A stretch of 60,465 nucleotides of DNA, from positions 11,286,001 to 11,346,465 of the forward strand of contig CM075995.1 of the NCBI GenBank assembly GCA_038087875.1, written 5' to 3'. Shown one piece after another: positions 1 to 11,714 of this stretch; position 1 is the stretch's first letter; every line of letters begins with the position of its first letter. Origin of the DNA: Malacoraja senta. Lineage: Eukaryota. Position numbers and translations under genes: made by a program. Below the pieces are notes generated by a model that was given only the letters and a program-made list of their open reading frames with translations, was not told the DNA's origin and searched no databases.

Positions 1-109
1 TCTCTCGTTGGTTCCTCTACATGTTGGTTTAGATAACTATCCCGCATACATTCCAAGAAATCCTCTTCCTCAGCACCCCTGCCAATTTGATTCACCCAAT
101 CTATATGTA

Positions 110-780
110 ATAATAATAATAATAATAACTTTATTTATAAAGCACTTTATACAACTGCAGTTGCCACAAAATGCTGTATATGAGAACTCATGGACAAGAA
201 GTTATTACAAACCATTAAAAACCGTAAAACGAAGGACTATAAAACAGTAAAAATTAAAAGACATTAAAAGCACTAAAAACAGGAGCAATGTCTCAGCCAG
301 TGTCGAAACCCAGAGAATAAAAGTGAGTTTTTCAGGTGGATTTGAAGATGGACAGTGAGGGGGCCTGTCTGATGTGCAACGGCAAGGTGTTCCAGAGTGC
401 CGGAGCAGCAACAGAGAAGGCTCTATCCCCTCTGAGCTTCCGCTTAGACCTCGGTACCTCCAGGAGCAGCTGATCAGCTGACCTGAGGCACCGGGCAGGA
501 GCATATAGGTGGAGCAGCTCAGAGAGCTAAGGCAGGGCGAGCCCATTCAAAGATTTAAAAACAAATAAAAGAATTTTAAAATGAACTCGAAAGTGCACTG
601 GGAGCCAGTGAAGGGAGGCCAAAAATTGGCGTAATGTGCTCCCTCTTTTGAGTTCCGGTTAAAAGGCGAGCGGCTGCATTTTGGTCCAGCTGGAGACGAG
701 CCAATGAAGCTCGTGCGACTCCAGAGTAGAGTGCGTTACAGTAATCCAGCCTAGATGTAATAAAGGCATGGATTACTGTA
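110..780 (-). mobile_element. 5'-truncated L2-clade LINE 3' end
   Basis: ORF 576..797 HAFITSRLDYCNAL...QNAAARLLT...HITP is the L2 ORF2 C-terminus; (TAA)n tail at 108-128; ATGTA duplicated at 105-109 and 781-785. Confidence 0.85.
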
Positions 781-1514
781 ATGTAGATTGAAGTCACCCA
801 TCATAACTGTTTTGCCTTTGTTGCACGCATTTCTAATTTCCTGTTTGATGCCATCCCCAACTTCACTACTACTGCTAGGTGGCCTGTACACAACACCCAC
901 CAGCGTTTTCTGCCCCTTAGTGTTTCGCAGCTCTACCCATACCGATTCCACATCCTCCAAGCTAATGTCCTTCCTTTCCACTGCGTTAATCGCCTCTCTA
1001 ACCAGCAACGCTACCCCACCTCCTTTTCCTTTCTCTCTACCCCTCCTGAATATTGAATATCCCTGGATGTTCAGCTCCCAGCCTTGGTTACCCTGGAGCC
1101 ATGTCTCCGTGATCCCAACTATATCATAGTCATTAATAGCTATCAGCACATTCAACTCATCCACTTTATTACAAATGCTCCTTGCATTGAGACACAAAGC
1201 CTTCAGGCTTGTTTTTACAACACTCTTACCCCTTATACAATTATGTTGAAATGTGGCCCTTTTTGATTTTTGCCCTGGATTTGTCTGCCTGCCGCTTTTA
1301 CTTCTCACCTTGCTACCTATTGCTTCCGCCCGCATTTTACACCCCTCTGTTTCTCTGCTCACCCATTTAAGAACCCCACCACCTCTTATTCTCTGTTTAT
1401 TATTGTTTTCTTCTTTCCCCCCTACATGTTGGGTCTGAGTGCTTTCCTTCTCTGCCTCCTGCCTCACACACTGTCTAATAGCTTTCTCTATTTGAGTCCC
1501 TCCCCCCAACCATT

Positions 1515-2129
1515 CTAGTTTAAAGTCTCCCCAGTAGCCTTTGCAGATCTCCCCGCCAGGATATCGGTCCCCCTCAGGTTCAAGTGCAACCCATCCTTTT
1601 TGTACAGGTCGCACCTTCCACAAAAGAGGTCCCAATGATCCAGAAATTTGAATCCCTGCCCTCTGCACCAGTCCTTCAGCCACGCATTTATCCTCCACCT
1701 CGCTCCATTCCTACTCTCACTGTTGCGTGGCACAGGCAGTAATCCCGAGATTGTTAACTTTGCGGTCCTTCTCTTTAACTCCCCTCCTAACTCCCTAAAT
1801 TCTCCTTTCAGGACATCTTCTCTTTTTTTACCTATGTCATTGGTACCTATATGTACCACGACCTCGGGCTCCTCTCCCTGCCCTTTCAGGATATCTTGGA
1901 CACGTTGAGACACATCACAGACCCTGGCACCAGGGAGGCAAACTACCATCCGGGTCTCCCGACTGCGTCCACAGAATCGCCTGTCTGACCCCCTAACTAT
2001 AGAGTCCCCTATTAGTATTGCCCTCCTCTTCTTTTCCTTACGCTTCTGAGCAACAGGACCGGTCTCTGTACCGGAGGCCCGGCCACTGTCGCTACCCCCA
2101 GGTAGGCTGTCCCCCCCAACAGTGCTCAA
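1515..2129 (-). CDS. CR1 ORF1p C-terminal SGNH/esterase domain (fragment)
   Basis: IGDSIVR, CLPGA, VVVHIGTND and DGLHLN motifs. Confidence 0.8.
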   Translation of the reverse strand: MSTVGGDSLPGGSDSGRASGTETGPVAQKRKEKKRRAILIGDSIVRGSDRRFCGRSRETRMVVCLPGARVCDVSQRVQDILKGQGEEPEVVVHIGTNDIGKKREDVLKGEFRELGGELKRRTAKLTISGLLPVPRNSESRNGARWRINAWLKDWCRGQGFKFLDHWDLFCGRCDLYKKDGLHLNLRGTDILAGRSAKATGETLN

Positions 2130-2139
2130 ACAGGAGTAC

Positions 2140-2250
2140 TTGTTATGTTTTGCTGGATGATATTCTTGTTATGTTTTGATAACAAGAATGTTATCAAAAC
2201 ATATCATTTGCTGGATGATACACTTGTTATGTTTTGCTGGATGATATTCA
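2140..2250. repeat. Scrambled direct and inverted filler repeat at the CR1/Rex1 junction
   Basis: TTGTTATGTTTTG(CTGGATGATA) occurs three times, with inverted pieces (ATAACAAGAAT, TATCAAAACAT). Confidence 0.6.
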
Positions 2251-3212
2251 CCTCAAGGCTGCGTGCTCAGCCCCCTGCTGTACTCACTCTATACTCATGA
2301 CTGCGTAGCCGGACATAGTGCGAACTCCATCATCAAGTTCGCTGACGACACCACTGTTGTGGGACGTATCACTGATGGGGATGAGTCAGAGTATAGAAGA
2401 GAGATCGAGCAACTGTCCATATGGTGCCAGCACAATAACCTGGCCCTCAACACCAGCAAAACCAAGGAACTGGTTGTGGACTTTGGAAGGAGTAGGATGG
2501 GGACCCACAGTCCCGTTTATATCAACGGGTCGATGGTTGAAAGGGTCAAGAGCTTCAAATTCCTGGGCGTGCATATCTCTGAAGATCTTTCCTGGTCCGA
2601 GAACACTGATGCCATTATTAAGAAAGCACATCAGCGCCTCTACTTCCTGAGAAGATTACGGAGAGTCGGTTTGTCAAGAAGGACTCTCTCTAACTTCTAC
2701 AGGTGCGCAGTAGAGAGCATGCTGACTGGTTGCATCATGGCTTGGTTCGGCAACTTGAGCGCCCTGGAGAGGAAAAGACTACAAAAAGTAGTAAACACTG
2801 CCCAGTCCATCATCGGCTCTGACCTCCCTTCCATCGAGGGGATCTATCACAGTCGCTGCCTCAAAAAGGCTGGCAGTATCGTCAAGAACCCACACCATCC
2901 TGGCCACACACTCATCTCCCTACTACCTTCAGGTAGAAGGTACAGGAGCCTGAAGACTACAACAACCAGGTTCAGGAATAGCTACTTCCCCACAGCCATT
3001 AGGCTATTAAACCTGGCTCGGACAAAACACTGAACTTTATTAGCCAATTAACTGTTATTTGCACTTTATCAGTATATTGATTCATGTGTGTATATATTTA
3101 TAGAATGCCTTGCAGTCAATGCCTACTATGTTCTGTTGTGCTGAAGCAAAGCAAGAATTTCATTGTCCTATCAGGGACACATGACAATAAACTCACTTGA
3201 ACTTGAACTTGA
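2251..3212 (+). mobile_element. Rex1/Babar-clade LINE, 5'-truncated
   Basis: ORF 2263..3033 PQGCVLSPLLYSLYTHDC...KFADDTTVVG...QRLYFLRRL...LPSGRRYRS; 3' ATGACAATAAA followed by an (ACTTGA)n tail. Confidence 0.9.
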
Positions 3213-4462
3213 TTCTAATGCTGTATTTTGTTAAAATCACCTGTTTCAGCCTCAAACTGTATTTGAGATATTGGCATCCATCCAGTTAACTTTAAGTTGT
3301 TACCAAATAGACTTGTTGGTCATTGGGATTTACCTTTAACTATTAATTGGCCTATGACTCCGCCTTGTGGCACGAGATTGGAGTTAATAGAAACCTGTTA
3401 TTAAGCTGAATTCTATTCATCAAGAGTAATTGGCAATATAGTAGCTGTGATTCAGCTGTGCAAGTCGGGAACTGACATCTTGCAAAGTAGCAACCTCTCA
3501 TATGACATGTAGGTCATTGTTAACAGGCTTATGCTATGACCAGCTGAAGCTACCTAAGTCACAGTGATGAACAAACAGTATTCAGCATTGCTCCAGTAGT
3601 TTGGTCAGTCGAATTTCAGGTATTTTACAAACTGATGCTAAGGGCTCTAAAGTGGAAAGTTGCAAATGTCATCTCTAGTTTGGAGGTGGAGGAGATTTGC
3701 ATGAGTTGCGAATTCTTCAGTTATTGGTATCAACTAGCTATAGACACTAGATGCATCCCATAGGTAAAGGGCTATTGAGCGAATATACATAATCTACATG
3801 CTCAACTTCAAGTTGAGACAGTACGTGGTAGCATATGTTAGTCACATGGCAATCAAGTTAAAGTATCCTGTAATAATTTACCTAATCTCCTTTGCCACTG
3901 GTGTATCATCAAGTTCAGATCGATGACAACACAGAATAGGTGTTGGATCACAAAGTATTTATGAAACTATGGTTCAATGAAACACCGAATATCGACATGT
4001 TGGTTTCATGCTTATTCACTGATTACAAAAATATGTGGCATAACAGTGTTGAGAGATACATTCTCGCTACAAGAAGGAGGAATGTTCTTTTATGTCTTCC
4101 TCCATTTTGCCTCATCAGTCGGGTCTTGAAATAAAGCCAGCAAGATCTCGCTTTAGTTTTCATACTGTCTGACTGGCTATGCAGCCATGATTCCCGCTTC
4201 CGTCAGGCATAATAATACAAACATATACGGTTATTCTAAAAAACGAAAACTTTGCTGGTTCAAACTGTGGTTCAGGAAACCAGCCTCTGCATGATAAAAT
4301 CAATTTATTAACTTGCAGATTCTGAATAGACTGCTCTACGGCTCAGGTTGTCACATCAATCCAGGTATGTGCTCAATGCAGAGTGCAGCTATAGCACCAA
4401 AAAAGCAGTACATTTCCTATTCAGGAGGTAGGAAGCGGGTTTGTTTAAGTCCGTTTGGAGGT

Positions 4463-4521
4463 GGACTTGAAGGGCCGAGATGGCCTGTTTCCGTGCTGTT
4501 AAGGTTATGGTTATATGGTTA
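4463..4521 (+). mobile_element. Short CR1 3' terminal fragment
   Basis: GGACTTGAAGGGCCGAGATGGCCTGTTTCCGTGCTG plus (TATGGTTA)n tail, matching the CR1 end at 44845-44905. Confidence 0.75.
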
Positions 4522-4969
4522 CATTTAATATGGTACAGATTACTGACGTTTTCCAGTTCATTCTTAAATGGTCTTCTGACAATAATTGAGTTTAGGGCCA
4601 TTAACTGTGCGAAACGTGTCTTCCCATCATATTAGCTGCAGCACACAGGACCCACTCTGTCGGGTTTCAACCCCGGATATCGAGTTTGTAAACGATATCT
4701 TTAACACAAGTTCTTCCAGTACAAGTATAGGCAGTATGGGATATTGACATTGTGTTAATAATACGTCACCAGGGGCCAGCTACTTCCTTAGTCATGACAC
4801 CAGTATCAGCACAATGAGTGCAGACATTGCAAAAGCTGCGGCTAGATAGGATGGAAGTGGTTGCAGATGCCATTACGTTTTACATTTCTGGTCTACACAA
4901 GCAGAGCAGACCAGGGGTGACAGGGTTTAAGATCATATTTCGGCATACCCCACGGACTCACGTCTATGT

Positions 4970-5323
4970 GTGAGGGCACGCTTGCTATATTATAGCAAGG
5001 CCACCAGAACCCTAAGAGGTGTGGAATCAGCATTGTTTATTAGCCAGGAACAACCACACAAGAAAAAGTTGGGTCAGACTATTTCAAGGTGGCTGAAGCG
5101 GGTTATGGTTTATGCAGGTATTAACACTGACAATTTTACATCTCATTCCACCAGGGCGGCATCAACGTCAGCGGCCAGGGCAATGGATGTTCCCATTGAC
5201 CATATCCTCGCGGCGACAGGATGGTCAAGTGAATTGATTTTCAAAACATTTTTTACCATAGGCCGATTGCCGACCCGGGGCTATTTGCCCATTCTGTTTT
5301 GCGTCCACTTTAGCCTCCCCTGA
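4970..5323 (+). pseudogene. DIRS tyrosine recombinase C-terminal fragment
   Basis: H-S-T-R catalytic box, then ILAATGWSS..F; the frame is lost just before the expected catalytic Tyr. Confidence 0.8.
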
Positions 5324-5810
5324 GATAGAGGGGTTGCTATTGATTTTCTTTATTAACGTAAACCATTTAAATCAATGTCATGTGTAATGCATTGTTGATT
5401 ATTCACTCATCCTGAGTCAATCGATGCAGTGAGACGCCGGGATTTGAATCTATGGCATGAAATCACAGAGCTTTGAACTCTTCATGGAATCACACGTGAC
5501 TCCGAAGTAAAATAGTAAGATTAAACGAGAACTTACCAGTTTGAAGTCTGATCTTTATTTTATGAGGTGTTACGATGAGGGATTACGTGCCCTCCGCTCC
5601 CAACCCTCATAAAAGTCATCTGGTAGTTCTAGTCTTCTCTAAGTCTTACTATGTTACTTCGACTACTGTTATCTGTGATTTCACACCGCTGCTTTGAAGA
5701 TTGACACGCATGCGCACTGGCGGGGCTTCTTCACGTAATCCCTCATCGTAACTCCTCATAAAATAAAGATCAAACTTCAAACTGGTAAGTTCTCATTTAA
5801 TCTTACTATT

Positions 5811-6507
5811 CATTCCCATAGCTCCCTTGCAATCCCGCCGTGCTGCCTTGCTCCTCTTCTCTGCCCTCTGTGAAGCGTGCCTCATACGCTGCCTGGTTCT
5901 TAATGTCCTGGAGGTTCTGCAACCTCCTAATGTCTACTTCCAATTCTCTTTCTTCTTGCCTCACCCTTTCCTTCTCACGCTGTCCTCTCCTTTGTCTATA
6001 TTCCTTTATTTCCTCCTCATCCTCCAAAGTTGTGACTTCTCCCGCTATTTCCACTATTCCTTTTACCAAGGGGCATTGTTTTGCACCGTCCGGGCCGGGG
6101 TAGGGAGGGGGATACCCAAGGTCTTTTAAACTGGGATATAAGGTCAATCCTTTCTCCTGAATCCCCTGACCCTCGGACTGCTTCTCGGGCTCCCTCCCTA
6201 CTTCCTTGGTTGTGTTCCTTACCAGGTAAGCTCTCCTCAGTCTTTCTCCTTCTGTCCTAAACAAGTTACGCACATCTAATTCCTTTTCCCTTTTCTTTTT
6301 CCGTGTCTCCGTTTTATCTTTGGGTCTATAGTTTTTAATCAATACTTCCATTTCATGACACATGTTTATATCGAAAGTGCCTTCTTTGGGCCACTTTGTA
6401 GTCAACTTTTCCGTTCTTTTCCCCCACTTCTCAGAGTTCTTTTTAACATCTTCTTTGGCTACAGGGAACTTTTTACTTAATATTTCAACCGCAGTTAGCT
6501 TACTCAT
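5811..6507 (-). CDS. gag: Endogenous retrovirus Gag N-terminus (matrix and late domains), truncated
   Basis: ORF 5806..6507 has KWPKEGTFD (gamma/epsilon-like matrix motif) and LYPSL and PPPY late-domain motifs; it lies downstream of a PBS and LTR. Confidence 0.75.
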
Positions 6508-7155
6508 GGTGGTTGTCTTATTCAGTGCACTTTAATTAATACAGTCACAGTCCTTATTCGTCCTCTGTCCTTGTAGTCACTATATTACCTTATACTTTTC
6601 TTATTGCTATTCTACTTTCTGCTACTCTACAATATTCTACCAATGTGTAAACTGTTTCTGTTATCTACGTATCTCAAATTCGTATTTTGCCCGTACAAAC
6701 CCCTAGTCACCTAAGGCGGTATCCGCAAAATACTTTATTGTGCCCGTGCAAACCCCTGATCTCCAGGGTGGTATCCGAAGAATACCAAATCTGTTCAATC
6801 CCCTGCTCCCTCAGGGTGGTATCCACGAGGTCTCATTTATATTACACAGTACTGTACTTTCTTATCCCAACTATTGTTACTCACCACACTGCGCAGCCTT
6901 CTCGGACAATCCTCCAGATCTCCTTTTTAGAACAATTTAGTGCCAGATTCGTTGCATCAGAGAGGCCCTTTTGATCGACCAGACGCTTCTGTGTCCCCAG
7001 CGGCCCCCGTCTCAACAGGTTACTAGTCCAAATAAAGCGGAAAACCGCCTACCTTTTTTGCGGGTGGCCACACTTTTCCTGTTGTCCCGGGGAGCCCCCG
7101 TGGGGCTAGGAAGCACCCTTGGCTGGTCGTCCTTTACCGAACGGGCCTCTTTCCG

Positions 7156-7173
7156 ATCCTGCTGACTACGCCA
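7156..7173 (-). promoter_or_regulatory. Primer-binding site complementary to the tRNA-Ser 3' end
   Basis: Plus strand ATCCTGCTGACTACGCCA matches the vertebrate tRNA-Ser(AGA/UGA) 3' end ATCCTGCCGACTACG-CCA (17/18, from memory); it is 4 nt from the LTR end. Confidence 0.85.
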
Positions 7174-7735
7174 ATTTTATCGGTGTTACCTCAGAGTTGG
7201 ATAAGATGACACAGACACGAAGAATTCTTCGAGAAGTCAAAAAGCCTTTATTTGCAAACAACGGCTGGAACAATCAGGAAGCCTACCGCCCGACTGCTCA
7301 CACAATGCAGCGGCCAGCTCCTTTTTATTACAGGTTAAAGTCATATCTCTTCTACCATATCTAGCATAGACATATCCTCTTGTACCCATCGATCTTCTAT
7401 ACTGACACTATCTGCCCCGCCACCATTAACTTCCATTGTTGGTTCAGTCTTATCTCAATTCTTATATCTCTTCCCATATCTCTTCTTCTTTCGCTACCCT
7501 TATTTACTGTCTTGGTCTGTTCTAACTCATCTATCACCCTCTATTTCGCCACCCTTATCTCCAAGCTGTCACTCTAACTCACCTATCACCTTCTATTTCA
7601 CTACCCTTATCTCCCAGCTGCAACTCGTGACAGCCACACGGTTACAAAGGGTACATACCAGTTCTTAGTTTGAATCACTACGAATATGAAGATACAAATG
7701 AATTATTAAGAATACAAAGAAACAAAAGTAGAAAT

Positions 7736-10700
7736 AACCATATAACCATATAACCATTACAGCACGGAAACAGGCCATCTCGGCCCTTCAAGTCTGCGCC
7801 GAACACTTTTTTTTTCCTCCTACTTTCTTCCCCCTAGTCCCATCTACCTGCACTCAGACCATAACCCTCCATTCCTTTCCCGTCCATATACCCATCCACT
7901 CTATTTTTAAAGGATAAAATCAAACCTGCCTCCACCACTTCCACTGGAAGCTCATTCCACACAGGTACCACTCTCTGAGTAAAGAAGTTCCCCCTAATGT
8001 TCCCCCTAAACTTCTGTCCCTTGATTCTCAAGTCATGTCCCCTTGTTTGAATCTTCCCTACTCTCAATGAGAAAAGCTTATCCACGTCAACTCTGTCTAA
8101 CCTGCTCATCATTTTAAAGACCTCTATCAAGTCCCCCCTTAACCTTCTGCGCTCCAAAGAATAAAGACCTAACTTGTTCAACCTTTCTCTGTAAATTAGT
8201 TGCTGAAACCCAGGCAACATTCTAGTAAATCTCCTCTGTACTCTCTCTATTTTGTTGACATCCTTCCTATAATTAGGCGACCAAAATTGTACTCCATAAT
8301 CCAGAATTGGCCTCACCAATGCCTTGTACAATTTTAACATTACATCCCAACTTCTATATTCAATGCTCTGATTTATAAAGGCCAGCACACCAAAAGCTAT
8401 CTTTACCACCCTATTAATTTCTGCCCAAGTATTTTATAACAAAGAGAACCGGATTAAACAACAAACACTGGAAAGGGAAATAAAGCAACTAGATATAGAA
8501 AATGCGAGAATGCCATCTACGTTAAAACATAACAAAATTGCTGTACTGAAATATAAACTAAACAAAATGTATTCAGAACAAGTAATAAAACTTTATCAAC
8601 ATACTAAACAATTACATTTTGAGTTTGGAGACAAACCACAAAAACTATTAGCACGTCAGCTACGAAAAATGGAGGGGGAGAAAATAATTCATAAAATTAG
8701 AGCAGATACAGGAGAATTATTAAAATTGCCCAAGGATATAAACGAGAGATTTCTCCAATACTATCATAATCTTTACTCAACTAAAACTGTAGTACAACCA
8801 GAAGGAATAGCAGATTTTTTACAAAAATGTAATTTAAAAGGTTTAGATTCAAAAGATAGAGAATTATTAGAAGCGGAGATTACGATAAAAGATATTGAAG
8901 AGTCTATTGGATCTTTAAAAAATGGTAAAGCAGTAGGACCAGATGGTTTAGGCTCGGAATTCTATAAAAAATTTTATGATTTGCTTTCTCCACGTTTACA
9001 AAAGCTGTACGAACATATTTATACTCAACAGAAACTTCCAGATACCTTAAATGAATCTATAATAACACTTATTCCTAAAGCTGATAAGGATCCGGAAGAT
9101 CCAGGATCTTATAGAGCAATTGCACTTTTAAATACAGATCAGAAAATACTAACAAAAAATTTAGCGCACAGATTAAGTACAGTGATGAATAAACTAATAC
9201 ACCCTGACCAAACAGGTTTTATTCAGAAGCGGTATTCATATTACAATCTAAGAAGATTATTTAATATTATATATTCTAAGAGAAATATTACTGAAGATTT
9301 AGCAATAATCTCACTTGACGCTGAAAAAGCTTTTGATCAGGTGGAATGGCCCTATTTATTTCCGGTGATGGAAAAATTGCAGCTGGGCGAGAAATTTTGT
9401 GCATGGATAAAACTGTTATATACAAACCCTACGGCTAGAATATTAACAAACCAAAGGTTATCATCTAAATTTAACCTATCTAGAGGGTGTAGACAAGGAT
9501 GCCCGTTGTCTCCATTATTAATTGCGCTTGTTATAGAGCCACTCGCAGAAAGAGTCAGGACCCATCCGGAAATATATGGGTATAACACAAAGGATACAGT
9601 GAATAAAATTTCTTTATACGCAGATGATGTATTAATTTACATTACAAAACCAGAAATTAGTATTCCAAATTTATTAAAGCTAATAACCCAATTTGGTTCA
9701 CTCTCAGGATACAGAATAAATTGGAATAAAAGTGAAATTATGCCAATAAGGGAACATAATAAACATATAATACAACAATTTCCCTTTAAAATAGTAAATG
9801 AAAAATTTAAATACCTAGGCATTTATGTTACTAAGATATATACATCATTATTTAAAGCAAACTTTCCCCCATTACTGAATAAACTACATAAGAATATTCA
9901 GTATTGGAAAACACTTCCTATTTCAATGGTTGGCAAAATGAATGCCATAAAAATGATTTTCTTACCGCAAATATTATACCTTTTTCAAACAATTCCGATA
10001 TATTTGTCAAAAAACTTTTTTAAAAAGTTAGATTCCATTGTCAGTGACTTTATCTGGGATTATAAGAATCATAGGATAAGCAAAAAACATCTGTGCAAAT
10101 CAAAAATAAATGGAGGTTTGGTTTTACCAAACTTTTTGTTTTATTTTTGGGCAGTTAACATTAAAAATATGAATTTTTGGTTGGAAGAAATAGATCAACA
10201 ACCAGATTGGTTAAAAATGGAAAAGGAAGATTGCTCACCTTTTGAAATCGGCTCGATACTATTTGCTACTTCTAAATTAAATAAAAAAAATTATAGGGAA
10301 AATCCGATAATATATAGTACTATGCGAATTTGGAAACAATTAAAAAAGACATTAAAACTAGATAATTTATCACTTTTTCTTCCAATTGCGAATAACCCTT
10401 TGTTTAAGCCCTCATGGTTGGACAAAGGTTTCACACAATGGAAAAACTATGGAATTAAAAAGATGGCCTTTATAAGGAAGGCACTTTTCTTTCATTTCAG
10501 GAGTTGCAACAGATTTATGGACTTCAAGTAAATGATTTTTTCAGATATCTCCAACTTAGAGATTACGTAAAAGCAAATACTCTAAATTTTAGAATTAGAA
10601 ATTCAGAAATTTTTGACGACTGTTGGAATAAACATCCTAATACAGAAAAATTAATATCTTATATATATAATATTTTATTAGACAGCGATATCCCATTGAC

Positions 10701-11675
10701 GGACTTACACAGACAAACTTGGGAAAAAGAACTAAATCAAATAATAACGAAAGATACTTGGGAAGAAAGTTTACAACACATACATCAATGCCAGACATTC
10801 TCTAATACAATTCAAAGTAATACATAGGTTACATTATTCTAAAACAAAATTAAATAAAATCTTCCCACATATCTCACCAATATGTGATAAATGTCAACAT
10901 TTAGAAGCTAACTTATCTCATATGTTTGCAAATTGCATAAAAATTAAAAATTTCTGGGTAAATATTTTCACAATAATATCTAAAGTGACTAGCATTCAAT
11001 TGGACCCGGATCCAAAATTGATAATACTTGGAACATTAGAACTAAATCAAACATTTACAACAACTCAAAGAAACTTTATTGATTATAGTATAATAACTGG
11101 GAAAAAATTAATTCTAAAATTTTGGAAAGGCCCTATAACCCCCACAATTAAAATGTGGATTATAGAAATGACGGAGACCTTACACTTGGAAAGAATTAGA
11201 CTTGTCCTGTTGGACAAACAGGAACTATTCGTCGGAACATGGTCTCCCTTTATTGACTATTTAAAGGGTCAGAATGGTTCAGCACAGGAACCTGACTAAC
11301 ACCCGTGCCAAGGAATAGATGAAAGGTTATACTCTGAAATGTACGAATATATCTCGAATGAAGTTTTTTATCGTAGTAAATTATTCCATTCTTCTTTATT
11401 ATCTATTTTTATTTTATTTATTTATTTTTTGGGGTTTTTTTTTTTTTTGTTTGTTTTGTTTTTGCTTGTTTTTTTGTGGTTTTTTTCTTGTTTCTTCTCT
11501 TTTTTCTCTTTCTTTCTTTATTTCATCTATATCTTTTTAGTTCTATTTAGTTTTAAAAAAAAGAAAGAAAAAAGTATTGGAGACATTGTAATAATAATGG
11601 ACGATATTTGTAATTTAAAAATGTAAGACTGGTATCGATTTTAATATGATATGTATCTACCTCCAATAAAAAATA

Positions 11676-11714
<39 letters not shown>

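Larger units (their letters stand above)
1..2143 (-). mobile_element. CR1-clade LINE (ORF1 esterase and ORF2 endonuclease region), interrupted by an L2 fragment
   Basis: ORF 751..1698 has APE endonuclease motifs (CLNARSI, VGITETW, GGGVALL, MGDFN); ORF 1515..2129 has SGNH esterase motifs; sequence 1-109 continues directly into 781+. Confidence 0.9.
3300..5810 (+). mobile_element. Degraded DIRS1-like tyrosine-recombinase retrotransposon
   Basis: YR fragment at 4970-5323 (TISRW, HSTRAASTS, GWSS); decayed RNase H and MTase-like pieces near 3740-4150 (DAS, PNIDM, PPFCLISRVL); 79-bp inverted arms at 5511-5589 and 5732-5810. The left boundary is approximate. Confidence 0.75.
5811..7735 (-). mobile_element. 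Class I-like ERV 5' remnant (LTR-PBS-leader-gag); the LTR is split by a CR1 and probably resumes at 14152-14241
   Basis: LTR-like segment 7178-7735 has AATAAA on the minus strand (~7247) and is homologous to 14459-14979; PBS is adjacent; the gag ORF is cut at the DIRS end. Confidence 0.75.

Noticed and set aside
7156..7173. tRNA-Ser gene
   Set aside because: Only the 3' 18 nt including CCA is present, next to an LTR, so it is a PBS.
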